64,000 nt of DNA, from contig DATNHM010000017.1 in NCBI GenBank assembly GCA_035604955.1, positions 16,853 to 80,852 of the forward strand, in the 5' to 3' direction. A program made the position numbers and the translations under genes. Origin of the DNA: Candidatus Limnocylindrales bacterium. Its GTDB lineage: Bacteria > Verrucomicrobiota > Verrucomicrobiia > Limisphaerales > UBA11358. Shown here in pieces: positions 55,001 to 63,675 of this stretch. Under the pieces are notes generated by a model. It did no database searches, was not told the DNA's origin, and saw only the letters and a list, made by a program, of their open reading frames with translations. How positions within the stretch are numbered: the first letter of the stretch is position 1; each line of letters begins with the position of its first letter.

Positions 55001-55292
55001 TGATGGTCGAATTCACACCCAAATTGGATATCGCCTGCTCGGGGAGGTTTGTATTGAGGTAGCCCAAGTGAGAAACGACAACTTGGACGGCGCCATTAAA
55101 TGCGGAAGCCGTGCTGTTGGTGAGGCTAACATAGATCGTGACCGCCTCCCCGGGCGAATACATTGCCTTGTCGGTGTTTACGTCGTTGATAAATGGACCT
55201 CCATTTGCAGAGAAGGCCACGATAAGGATAAGAAAATAAATCAATCCAAGGGCCAAGCGGATGCGGGACTCTTCCTGAACCTCAACCGGCAT
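52032..55292 (-). CDS. Multidomain secreted GH66-like glycoside hydrolase (dextranase/cycloisomaltooligosaccharide glucanotransferase family) + CBM6-like + DUF1349/ConA-like + cadherin-like Ig + FYRV module
   Basis: FPRYGYVAHY, INGVQFYDWQWKHHLPY, FDGWHIDCVG (GH66 nucleophile-region pattern DGWQ.D) and DFIYSELW (acid/base-region pattern). CBM6-like: IRAANYDSMSAIGTE...GSIEFHLDS. ConA-like: DPWAKAGVMFR...GYYSSDGSNW. C-terminal ...EFYRVLLGP. Motifs recalled from memory. Confidence 0.6.
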   Translation of the reverse strand: MPVEVQEESRIRLALGLIYFLILIVAFSANGGPFINDVNTDKAMYSPGEAVTIYVSLTNSTASAFNGAVQVVVSHLGYLNTNLPEQAISNLGVNSTITAVFSWTPPPTDYQGYLISVSIVDTNSNQVDSGSSAIDVSSDWSKFPRYGYVAHYDAGLDTYHIMWELKNYHINGVQFYDWQWKHHLPYNPGSTWPDVANRTIYRSTVTNLIAAAHYYNMVAMNYNSYGMAWAGYLTDGSGVTLPMGIFSSSPATIGNQYGYSLPSTWATTNLYEMNNRDTNWQNYIYGREQAVFTNFAFDGWHIDCVGQDTAYDYNGTFFNLEDYNPEYINNAKAALGVRMTFNTVDAGGENQVAQSANVDFIYSELWGNNPNYISFNQRVNNVRSYCSKALVMPAYVDTGLNSGYFNEPGVLLADAAMFACGGAHLELGDGNEMLNNDYFPNDSKVVMTASLTAAMRAYYDFLVGYENLLRGDTISANNVATIPEVTTSTNGSAGTVWIISKKTFGYNILHLVNLLNNTSTAWNDYNGTDPAPPTLSNLAVKMYYTGAIGGGKLWCATPDTNFDVAMQLTYTSGSDGGGNYVNFIVPQLQYWDMIWLEINGTTSATNQIRAANYDSMSAIGTEATSDTGGGLDVCDVNNTNGDSYVTFNNIDFGTGPTSVSVRVASALSNGSIEFHLDSPTGTLIATVPVGYTGGWQVWQIVKATVSGASEVHKLFAVFKNAASNLNWFQFNFNNHALPAPWLTADIGAVGLTGDAAYSGDMITVTGSGADIEGTADAFRYVYQSSGPNCELRARVVSVQNTDPWAKAGVMFRNDNSASAMNVAVVATVGNGVELQSRTAAGGGTTGTVISGVTAPCWVRLARSATNSFSGYYSSDGSNWTQIGTGIIIPMGASALAGLAVTAHNNATNCTAGFDNVSVNNAPSLAAVSNQTIVAGVALVVTNSASDSDIPLQTLTFSLLTAPTNAAIGINSGVFTWRPVIAQSPSTQTVAVVVSDNGTPVMSATQDFTVTVIQPVRPALTAALMTNGQFGFWVNGDVGPDYTIQFSTNLVSWSLLATVDSPLLPFMWWETNAIKFNSEFYRVLLGP

Positions 55293-55342
55293 ATATTAAT
55301 TCGCAATCTTTTCGGTGATCAAAGTCGTGCGCACATCCAATG

Positions 55343-56173
55343 TCAGTGGTACGGGGTGTGTTGTGCAAGCCAGATGTTGTCGGGATCAGACAGTGGAAGG
55401 GGATGGCCTCCTCCTTGGACGTGAGTCACCGGCTGATTGGAGAATTTTCCCGTCCATTTATGGATTTCTGCATGGCCATCGGCAAAACCGATTCCACAAG
55501 CCCCGGCATGTTGGCATCCGGGAATTTCGGGCAGTGCGCTGACCGCATAATTCGCTGAGTATAGAATCCCGTCATCAATACTGTCAGGATGCTCATCCAT
55601 GAATACCCAGACCTGACTTGGTCCAGGAGTGTGAAGGTCAGTGGTTTTCTTCGCGACATACCAGGATGACCAGCCAAATGGGTAGCTGGGTGCCCCAAAT
55701 TTACTCCCATCACCCAACGCCGCGTCCATGGCACAACTCCGGGCACGATGAGTCCATCCTTTCGACCCTTGCGGTGGACTCAAGAAGCGGGAAGTAATTG
55801 GACAAGCAAATACCTTGTAATTGCGGCCCAAATAAGTGCCCAGCAGAGAATACGTGTCGTTGACCAAATAAGCCGTGTTTGTGTTTTGCTGGCCTGTGCT
55901 CCAATCCAGAACGCCACTAATCCAAGACGGTTTCCCTTGATAGAAGACAGACTTATCGGCGTTGATTGGCCAATACTCCTGATTGTCACCCGCGTACATA
56001 AGCGAAGACAGAAGAAGCTGCTTTTGGTTGCTCATGCACTGCACAGCCACGGCCCTTACTTTGGCAGCGTTCAGGGCTGGCAGCAACATGGCGGCCAGAA
56101 TGGCAATAATGGCAATGACCACCAGCAACTCGATTAACGTAAAGCCTTGACGGCGAATTCTCATAGTTTTCAT
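55343..56173 (-). CDS. DUF1559-type pseudopilin (prepilin N-terminal cleavage/methylation motif, H-X9-DG C-terminus)
   Basis: The likely start is ATG 56173. [35 protein letters not shown]-terminal [19 protein letters not shown]. Confidence 0.85.
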   Translation of the reverse strand: MKTMRIRRQGFTLIELLVVIAIIAILAAMLLPALNAAKVRAVAVQCMSNQKQLLLSSLMYAGDNQEYWPINADKSVFYQGKPSWISGVLDWSTGQQNTNTAYLVNDTYSLLGTYLGRNYKVFACPITSRFLSPPQGSKGWTHRARSCAMDAALGDGSKFGAPSYPFGWSSWYVAKKTTDLHTPGPSQVWVFMDEHPDSIDDGILYSANYAVSALPEIPGCQHAGACGIGFADGHAEIHKWTGKFSNQPVTHVQGGGHPLPLSDPDNIWLAQHTPYH

Positions 56174-56279
56174 CACTAATCTCTTGGTCCTATCGACCCC
56201 TGCCAACGGCCTTCCCCGCCGCGTCAAAGCGCGGCGGAGAAGGGATCATTTCCGCAACGAACCACGGTTCTCAATTTAA

Positions 56280-59138
56280 TCATGGTTTCACCAAGCGGAA
56301 GAACGTGGTGCCAGCCGTCGGCCAGTTGGTCTGACTGACAAGGCCATTGGTTGAACTAAAGCCGGCGCTCCAGTTCGTGCCATCGGTCTCAAAATGGTCA
56401 GCCCATGGCCCCGTAACGTTGGTTGTGCTTTGCAAATGCGCTCCGGGCCGCCCCAACCATGTCACCGGGACTGTTCCACCGGAAGGGGTTCCATTTTTCA
56501 ACTGGCCATCGGCTTTGGCCGAGAAGGTGAAGAATGGTTCGTGATATTGGTAGCCAAACGTGTCTTGCGGCATGGTGTAGGAGCCCGTCACGGTAGAACG
56601 GACCACGCGGTAGTGGTTCTGCCCATCAGGCGCTTCGATGTCCTCTGGTCCCAAGTCGCCATTAGTGCCAATACCGTATTTGTATTCAAACGCCACGGGT
56701 GTGCCTTTAGGAAGAGCGACGGTCTGGGTAAATATTCCACCGCCCGACGCGGTCAGTTGATATTGAGCCGGAGCGGCAACCGGGTTCACCTGAGTGTACC
56801 AAGGATACCAAGGCACAAAATCCCCATTGATCCAGACGGTGTCACCCGCACTGGCGTTAAACACATGACCATCGGTGCCAACGGCGCCATTCATATTCAC
56901 CGCGAATGTGACGGACATGGCCTTCGGCAGGTAGTCGTCGAGCTCCATGTCACTGAACAAGACCGGTGAAAGCACTGTCGTGGTTGTATTCGAGAGTTGG
57001 AAGAAACGATCGTAGTCATCCGGGCCGCTGTCCAACGTGCTTTGTTTTGGAGTGCTGCTTTCGTAAACTTCCATTCCCAAAGAACTGCTGTTAATGGCAA
57101 ATTTGTAGGTTTCACCACTATTGAACGTGCCGACAACGGGAACCACTCCGCTGTAGACGTTCGAATTGGCGGCAGCCGGATTGTTGGTTAACAGGTATTG
57201 ACCCGCAGTCCAGTTATTGAAACTGCCCTGTACTTCGACGGTGTCACTTGGCGGATTGAAATGGCCGGTGGCAATTTGCACGGTCATATCCACCTGGAAA
57301 GTGACATTATTTGTGATTAATTTGGTCGTCGAGGTGTAAGCCAGATTGTTGAAATAGGAGTCACCGTTGTAACCATCATCGGTGGAATTCTTCCAAGTGA
57401 ACATTGAGAATGAGTCAATCGGACCGCTACCAGTCAACGTTCCAGTCACCACCACCGGGGTATTGATTGTTCCCACGCCGGAGTAAGGAGTGATGGACAA
57501 ACTGTAGGTGTTGGAACTGGTCAGGGTAACCATGGCGTCATCCCCATAAGTGGTCAAGTTGACTCCGGGGATTTGATTGGTGCCGGAGGCGTCCACAACC
57601 GTAAGCTCGCTGGTCCCGCCAGCGAAGTAAACCTGCAGCCGGGCGCGGGCAGCCCGGTTATTTGACCCGTTCTGGGTCGTGCTGTTTGATCCGATGATGT
57701 TTCCATTCCTGAGCGCGAATCCAACCTGACCGGGATTGCCAATGCCACCGCCTGCTTCGAAGGACAACGAACAGGCATCCCCAGCCATGCTCAACGGGAT
57801 GTTGAAACTGCGATAAGCTGTCGATTCTTCCTGGTGCAGGTCGGCGCTAAAGTTAATGGCATAGAGTTTCCATACCGAACCATCGGAAGCCGTAATGTTG
57901 ACACCGACATTCGCCGTCGAAAAACCGGCAAAACCTTCGCCGTGATAATTGTCGTAAACATTCCAAGGGCCAAACCCAATCCCTGCGTCTGATCCCTCAT
58001 ACCAGTTGCCACTGTAATTGGCGGAGTTGTCCGCGCCAGTTCCGTAAACCGTGAGGTTATAATTTCTGGTTCCCGTGCAACTGTCCGCGTCGGTTGCCGT
58101 CACGGTAAAGGTGTATGTCCCAGTGCTGGTGGGTGTGCCTGACAAGGTGCCGCTTGCGGACAAACTCAAACCCGGCGGCAGTGAACCGCTGCTCACGGCG
58201 AAGGAGTAGGGTGCCAAGCCGCCACTCCCAGTGATGACTTGACTATATGCCGTCCCGCTCAAAGGACTGACCACACTTCCTAAACCAATCGTCGGACAGG
58301 TAAAAGCAGCCTGATTAGTGAAGGACAACCTGTTGAAATACACGTCACTATTCACGGCGCTGGAGGGGTCCGTGGTCCAACTGAACATGGCGAAGGAGTC
58401 AATAGTGCCGGTGCCAGCCAACGTTCCCGTGACAACAACGGGAGGATTGGTAATTCCCAGGCCGGTATATCGGGTGATTGAAAGACTATAAGTGTTGGGC
58501 CCTGTTAGCGTCACCTTGAAATCGAAAGCGGCGCTTGTTCCCACATTCGTGATCGAGGTCGCTTGCGGACCCGAAGCGTCTTGCACCACCAGGTAATTGG
58601 TGCCGCCCGCCGCGAAATTGGTGACCCCTGCCAAATAAACCTGAAGCCGGGCACCTGCGCCTTGGTTGCCCGCACCCGTGGTGTTGCCATTCCGGAGTGC
58701 AAATCCCACCTGACCCGGATTGCCAACACCATTATTGGCGTTTTGCAATTCCAAAGACAGCGAGAAACCGTCACCCGCCGCACTCAAGGGGGTGTCAAAT
58801 GCACGATAGGCTATCGCTTGCTCCGACGCAGTAGTGGCATTGTAGCTGACAGCGTAGTGCTTCCAAAGGGAACCGTCTCCTGCCTGAATGTTCGCATCGC
58901 CTGTGCCGTTTCGATCTACCTCAAGTCCTGCGTAACTGCTTGAGCCGCCTCCGGTGCTGGTACTGTGAGTATAGAAAGTCCAGGGGCCAAAGCCATTTCC
59001 GCCAGTTGACCCACTGGTCCAAGAAACATAGTTGGCGGAACTGTCCGAGCCGGTCATCGCGGCGGCTTGAGCCGCGAAGAGGCCCGCCACAGCGAACCAC
59101 AAGGTGACTTTCAGTAATTTTATGAGGTCGTTTTTCAT
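56280..59138 (-). CDS. 952-aa secreted protein: two copies of an unassigned ~240-aa domain flanking a He_PIG-type Ig domain, two CBM20/48-like modules and a C-terminal FFRL module
   Basis: Signal peptide. Units aa 32-275 and 370-603 align (ANY..W..GS..G.GFGPW, NPGQVGFALRNGN, ARLQVY.AG, NTYSLSIT.Y.G.G..N.PVVVTGTL.G.G.IDSF.MF.W, YFN.L). Ig: YSFAVSSGSLPPGLSLSASGTLSGTPTSTGTYTFTVTATD. CBM-like: VTFQVDM...VEVQGSFNNWT and VTFAVNM...VWINGDFVPW. Confidence 0.75.
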   Translation of the reverse strand: MKNDLIKLLKVTLWFAVAGLFAAQAAAMTGSDSSANYVSWTSGSTGGNGFGPWTFYTHSTSTGGGSSSYAGLEVDRNGTGDANIQAGDGSLWKHYAVSYNATTASEQAIAYRAFDTPLSAAGDGFSLSLELQNANNGVGNPGQVGFALRNGNTTGAGNQGAGARLQVYLAGVTNFAAGGTNYLVVQDASGPQATSITNVGTSAAFDFKVTLTGPNTYSLSITRYTGLGITNPPVVVTGTLAGTGTIDSFAMFSWTTDPSSAVNSDVYFNRLSFTNQAAFTCPTIGLGSVVSPLSGTAYSQVITGSGGLAPYSFAVSSGSLPPGLSLSASGTLSGTPTSTGTYTFTVTATDADSCTGTRNYNLTVYGTGADNSANYSGNWYEGSDAGIGFGPWNVYDNYHGEGFAGFSTANVGVNITASDGSVWKLYAINFSADLHQEESTAYRSFNIPLSMAGDACSLSFEAGGGIGNPGQVGFALRNGNIIGSNSTTQNGSNNRAARARLQVYFAGGTSELTVVDASGTNQIPGVNLTTYGDDAMVTLTSSNTYSLSITPYSGVGTINTPVVVTGTLTGSGPIDSFSMFTWKNSTDDGYNGDSYFNNLAYTSTTKLITNNVTFQVDMTVQIATGHFNPPSDTVEVQGSFNNWTAGQYLLTNNPAAANSNVYSGVVPVVGTFNSGETYKFAINSSSLGMEVYESSTPKQSTLDSGPDDYDRFFQLSNTTTTVLSPVLFSDMELDDYLPKAMSVTFAVNMNGAVGTDGHVFNASAGDTVWINGDFVPWYPWYTQVNPVAAPAQYQLTASGGGIFTQTVALPKGTPVAFEYKYGIGTNGDLGPEDIEAPDGQNHYRVVRSTVTGSYTMPQDTFGYQYHEPFFTFSAKADGQLKNGTPSGGTVPVTWLGRPGAHLQSTTNVTGPWADHFETDGTNWSAGFSSTNGLVSQTNWPTAGTTFFRLVKP

Positions 59139-59245
59139 AGGTAACGTTGGTTATGGTCTGAGGGCAAAGTTTGAATTGCTTTATGATCTTGGGATCATGC
59201 GCCCAGTATCTCACTCTCCCCATTCTTGACCAGCTAGCCAAAAGG

Positions 59246-59884
59246 TTAGTTTTGTGACGATTTCCCGGTCTTGAATTTTAGGGCCGCTTCAGTGCGCGAA
59301 TGCACGTGCAGTTTCTCGTAAACGTGCTGAAGGTGCCACTTGATTGCCGCGACGGTCACACCTAAACGATCCGCAATCTCCTTGTTTCCCAACCCATGCA
59401 TCACCAGTTGCAGGACTTCTTTCTCACGGGGAGAGAGGTTTCCTGATTCTGACGCTGCCTCAGCCTGCTCGCGGAAGTGGCCGATCACCTTCCGGGCAAT
59501 TTCCGGCGTCATAGGCACGCCGCCTTCCTGCGCTTCTTGGATGGCGGCAATGATGCGCTCAGGTTTGGCCCGTTTAAGCAGGTAACCACATGCGCCAGCC
59601 TGTAAAGCCTGGAAGATCCTGTCCGAATCTTCGTAGACAGTGACGATGATTATCTGAATCGAAGGCAGCAGCTCCTTGATTCTCACAGTGCATTCAACAC
59701 CCGACTGGTCGGGCAGTTGGATGTCCATGAGCACGACATCAGGCTGGGCCTTCGGAATCTTCTTCAGTGCCTCGGCGACCGTTGTGCAAGTACATACGCA
59801 CTGAAGCCCGGGCGTCCGGTTGATAAGGGTTTCAAATCCTTCCCGCAGTGTCTTACTGTCTTCGACAATGCCAACTTTGATCAT
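59246..59884 (-). CDS. NarL/LuxR-family response regulator
   Basis: Receiver (VVLMDIQLPDQSG) plus a LuxR HTH (LSPREKEVLQLVMHGLGNKEIADRLGVTVAAIKWHLQHVYEKL). 4-nt overlap with the kinase gene. Confidence 0.9.
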   Translation of the reverse strand: MIKVGIVEDSKTLREGFETLINRTPGLQCVCTCTTVAEALKKIPKAQPDVVLMDIQLPDQSGVECTVRIKELLPSIQIIIVTVYEDSDRIFQALQAGACGYLLKRAKPERIIAAIQEAQEGGVPMTPEIARKVIGHFREQAEAASESGNLSPREKEVLQLVMHGLGNKEIADRLGVTVAAIKWHLQHVYEKLHVHSRTEAALKFKTGKSSQN

Positions 59885-62800
59885 TGCAGTTTTTTGGGTA
59901 ACGGGGCCTGGAACTTAACTGTGGTTCCTTTGCCCGGCTCGCTCTGAATCTCGCACCGCCCGCCCAACGCGCTCAATCGTTCCTGCATGTTGGCCAGGCC
60001 GTCGGCACCCACATCCGGCTTGCCAAGCTCGATACCGTGGCCGTTGTCGGACACGGTGACCGTGAGCATGCTGTCTTGGACGGACATCCGCAGCCAGACC
60101 TTGGTCGCGCTCGCGTGGCGGACGACATTGGTAATGGCTTCCTTGAAGGCCAAGAACAGCTCTTGCCGAAACTTGGGATCAAGCGGATAACTGGGCAGAT
60201 CTTCTGCGACATCCAGACCGCACGCCACCGACGCCAGTTCCAGCAACCGCTGGGCATACGCTCCAAAATAACTGGCGAGCGAGGCGATGGTGTCATTCCG
60301 TGGATTTACCGCCCAGACAATCTCATCCAGCGAAGTCACCATGCGCCGCGCCATTTCATTTAATTGGTCAACATAACGAGCCTTCTCCTCAGCGGTGGTA
60401 GTCGTGCTATTAACCAGCGACGTAAGCATGTTGACCTCAGTCAGTCCCGCGCCGAGGTCATCATGCAGGTCGTGAGCGACTCGGGTGCGTTCTTGTTCAA
60501 TTTCGCGCTGGCGTTCGGCGCGCTGACGTCCCTGAATTTGCGTTTCGAGCTGGAGCGTGCGTTCCGCGACCTGGCGGTGGAGCGATTTGATCCACATCAA
60601 GGCGGCTACCAGCACCAAGAGCAGCACCCCGACAACACTGATCAGACGTTGCAAGGTCCACCAAGGCGGCCGGGCCAGCACCCGGATGTCAAAACCGGAA
60701 TTGAGCAATAGCTGGAATGAATCTATCGGCCGGCCCAAAACCCGATTGCCTCCCTGTCCCGCATAAACGCCAGTGAGCTCAATCCGGCTGCCGGGCGTCA
60801 AAGGTTGGTCCAGACCCACTTCGTCTTTTATCATCGCCGTGAAGCGGCGTAACCCACACTGCACCTCAAGCAAGGAACCATCCGGTTGGCTGCTAACCCC
60901 CAATAGCATGCCCTCCACCTGCACCAGCGTCGAGTCGTAATCATCGCGAAGCAGGTTGTCAGCTTTCAATCGGTCCGGTTTGGGTAACTCCGCCAGTCCC
61001 AAGCGTCGAACCAGTGCTTCCCGCAACACGGGAGATGGACCGCTCAAGTCCGGAAAACCAACTACTTCCACCAAATCACAGACGTGGGCGTCCATTTTCC
61101 CCGCCGGAATAAACCGCAGGCCTTTGTCGCCATCCATGAGGAAGCACTCTGTATCTCCCACGTAAATGATCTGGCCGGAAACTTTGAGCCGTTGCAGTAC
61201 CCCCGAATGAGGATTGAATTGCAACAGATCTCCAACATGCTTGGTTGGTATGTCGAACGGATCAATCAGTGCTGGCTGAACCACGCTTACCCACTGCTGT
61301 TCTACGCGGATATTGCCGATCTGCAACCGGTGTGCTTGCGCATCCCAATCCGCGAACAGACAGCCTCGTATCTGCACCAAGGCATTCGCATCTGCCTTGG
61401 GCAGACCTGGTGCCATGGAACTCAATTGCACGTGGATACGACCGCGATCAGTCAGTAATGTAATCGTATCACGATTGATCGCAGTAACCACGCCTTCCAG
61501 TTCGACATATTGGCAATGCATGCTTCCATCCAGCAGTTGATCCCAAGCCGGATGCACCGGGTTTGGCAGAGTGCCCGAACCCAGCTTTTCGATCCGGGAT
61601 GCAAGAATATACGGGGAAAACTCACCTGCGGCGGCCACTCCTTCCAGCTCGCAGTAATCTCCGACCAGGAGCGGTAATGACTTTCCAAGCGCCACGAAAA
61701 CTCCCCGCGTCGTGTCTTGGAGGACAACCGCGTCTCCTTCCAAGACGCTCGTGATCACGCCGCGCAACTTTACCGGGTAACCTTGCTTCAATTCATCAAG
61801 ACTCAATTGGTTGACCTGTTCCGCCGTGGTGAGGACCGGCAGCACGCCGGGCTGGCCGGGACCTTCTCCCATGCGCCGGAAGAAACAGCAGCGCAAAACC
61901 GGCTCGGCCCCTTCCACATCAAATCGTCCCAGCACCTCGGAAATCCCGCCCGCGAGGTACTCTGCCCCGGCTTTTTCCAAACAGATGCGCCCTGAATCAT
62001 CCACCAAGTATGCCGGTTGCCCCGACCCCGCGGAGACAATTTTCCCCCGGAGATGAACGACCGGTTGTCTGCCGCTCTGGCGGGTCAATGTTCCCAGATT
62101 GCTGACCGTCACCAGCGGATACATGGCCCATAAATCCGGCGTGACATAGCTTTGGTTGATGTCTTTCCAGCCCTGCACGAAAAACTCGCCAGGGACGGTG
62201 CGCCCGTCCACGCTGTGAATCCAGTGACAAACTCCGACGGCGCGGATCCGATTTTGGGGTACGAGCGTGAATGAGCTGTCCGAATCTTCCGCGACCAGCA
62301 ATCGCACAGGCCCTGTATCGGTAACCAGTTCGAGTTCCAAAGTGTTCTGCTGACGATTTACAGAAGAGACAGTCCCCTCGATCTCACACCAATTATATTC
62401 CTGCTTTTCCATGGGAAGTGAATTGTTCGCGACCGCTTGGGATCCTGGCAAAGCCGTCCGGCCGAGGGTATTCACTTCAAGGGAAGGTTCTCCGATGAAA
62501 AGACGGCTGCCATCGTCAGACCTGGTGCGAAATGTATAAAAGCCGTCTTTTTTTACCTGGATGAAGCCGGTGAATTGCAGTCCCACTTGCTCTGTTCGGC
62601 TCATTACGTCGAGATTGAAGTTGCTCACCTCGCCGGTGCGCACGGCTGCGAGATGACAGAGGTTGGGAAGCAAATTCCACCATGTCCCTTCGCAGCACCG
62701 ATAATTCAATCCATTGACAAGGTTTGTGAGTCCGTCCGCAACATCAATCCGGGCTCGAAAGAGTGCCGAGTCCGGAATCTTCTGTCGCGGCAAGCCCGGT

Positions 62801-63342
62801 CCCTCATAAAAAACCTCCAACTCATATGGCCCCGTCCGGTTGAACCAATCAACCCGAACTGGATGTTGCCCGATCTTCAGATAAACGCGGCCAGATTGTT
62901 CAGTTGCCACATGAAAGCCGTCGTTTTCCACTACCGGAACACTCGCCAACCCGATCGCACCGGCCGTTTTCTCCACCGTGCAAGTCCCTTGTAAACTTAA
63001 CCGATCACCTTGGCGTGGCATCTGACATGGCAGATCTAGTTCCAATTGCGCCACACCGGCTTCATCTTGTAAAATTACTCTACCTTCGGCGTCGCTTGAC
63101 CACCACACCACCCCCTCTACGTGGATCGAAGCAATAAACCGCTGATTCGAATTAGCCAGCTGTTGCAATTGCATTACGTTGGTTATTTGAAGCGAGGATT
63201 CCAAAGGCGATTCGACGACATTTCCAAGGATCGGGGTGACGTCCAAAATCGATACCGTAATTGCCGCGCACAGGCACGAAAGCGGGAAAACTTTGTTACA
63301 CAAACGCCACATGGAATGTTTTTCGTATAGCATGCGAAGCAT
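59881..63342 (-). CDS. Sensor histidine kinase with ~850-aa periplasmic region containing PA14-like modules, TM, HisKA_3 and HATPase_c
   Basis: PA14-like: QFTGFIQVKKDGFYTFRTRSDDGSRLFIGEP and an earlier VYLKIGQHPVRVDWFNRTGPYELEVFYEG. H-box AHDLHDDLGAGLT. C-terminal GHGI...GLANMQERL...GKGTTV. Confidence 0.8.
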   Translation of the reverse strand: MLRMLYEKHSMWRLCNKVFPLSCLCAAITVSILDVTPILGNVVESPLESSLQITNVMQLQQLANSNQRFIASIHVEGVVWWSSDAEGRVILQDEAGVAQLELDLPCQMPRQGDRLSLQGTCTVEKTAGAIGLASVPVVENDGFHVATEQSGRVYLKIGQHPVRVDWFNRTGPYELEVFYEGPGLPRQKIPDSALFRARIDVADGLTNLVNGLNYRCCEGTWWNLLPNLCHLAAVRTGEVSNFNLDVMSRTEQVGLQFTGFIQVKKDGFYTFRTRSDDGSRLFIGEPSLEVNTLGRTALPGSQAVANNSLPMEKQEYNWCEIEGTVSSVNRQQNTLELELVTDTGPVRLLVAEDSDSSFTLVPQNRIRAVGVCHWIHSVDGRTVPGEFFVQGWKDINQSYVTPDLWAMYPLVTVSNLGTLTRQSGRQPVVHLRGKIVSAGSGQPAYLVDDSGRICLEKAGAEYLAGGISEVLGRFDVEGAEPVLRCCFFRRMGEGPGQPGVLPVLTTAEQVNQLSLDELKQGYPVKLRGVITSVLEGDAVVLQDTTRGVFVALGKSLPLLVGDYCELEGVAAAGEFSPYILASRIEKLGSGTLPNPVHPAWDQLLDGSMHCQYVELEGVVTAINRDTITLLTDRGRIHVQLSSMAPGLPKADANALVQIRGCLFADWDAQAHRLQIGNIRVEQQWVSVVQPALIDPFDIPTKHVGDLLQFNPHSGVLQRLKVSGQIIYVGDTECFLMDGDKGLRFIPAGKMDAHVCDLVEVVGFPDLSGPSPVLREALVRRLGLAELPKPDRLKADNLLRDDYDSTLVQVEGMLLGVSSQPDGSLLEVQCGLRRFTAMIKDEVGLDQPLTPGSRIELTGVYAGQGGNRVLGRPIDSFQLLLNSGFDIRVLARPPWWTLQRLISVVGVLLLVLVAALMWIKSLHRQVAERTLQLETQIQGRQRAERQREIEQERTRVAHDLHDDLGAGLTEVNMLTSLVNSTTTTAEEKARYVDQLNEMARRMVTSLDEIVWAVNPRNDTIASLASYFGAYAQRLLELASVACGLDVAEDLPSYPLDPKFRQELFLAFKEAITNVVRHASATKVWLRMSVQDSMLTVTVSDNGHGIELGKPDVGADGLANMQERLSALGGRCEIQSEPGKGTTVKFQAPLPKKLQ

Positions 63343-63675
63343 GACGATTACAATGCGCCATTTATAGAAACACGTTGCGACTTGGGTCCGATCTCATGGT
63401 CTGGAAACCATCCCGGACGGGAAGGTGGGTAGCGCAGCTTCCGCCATCTTGCCCTTTTTATTTAACTGACTTTGCTGCGACATCGATCATTAGAATAAGG
63501 CTGTTGCCGTTAGAACGCTCATTTTTGAACCGGGTCACCCCATTCTTTGGCATCCGCAAAAACTTCTGCTCCAGGGCAATTTCGGCGCACGTATTGCCAT
63601 TAAACAGGACGCGGCCGACCGCAATATTTAGTCGCAGTAGCCGTCGTCCGTTTTAAATGTTTTTCTGTGCGATCA

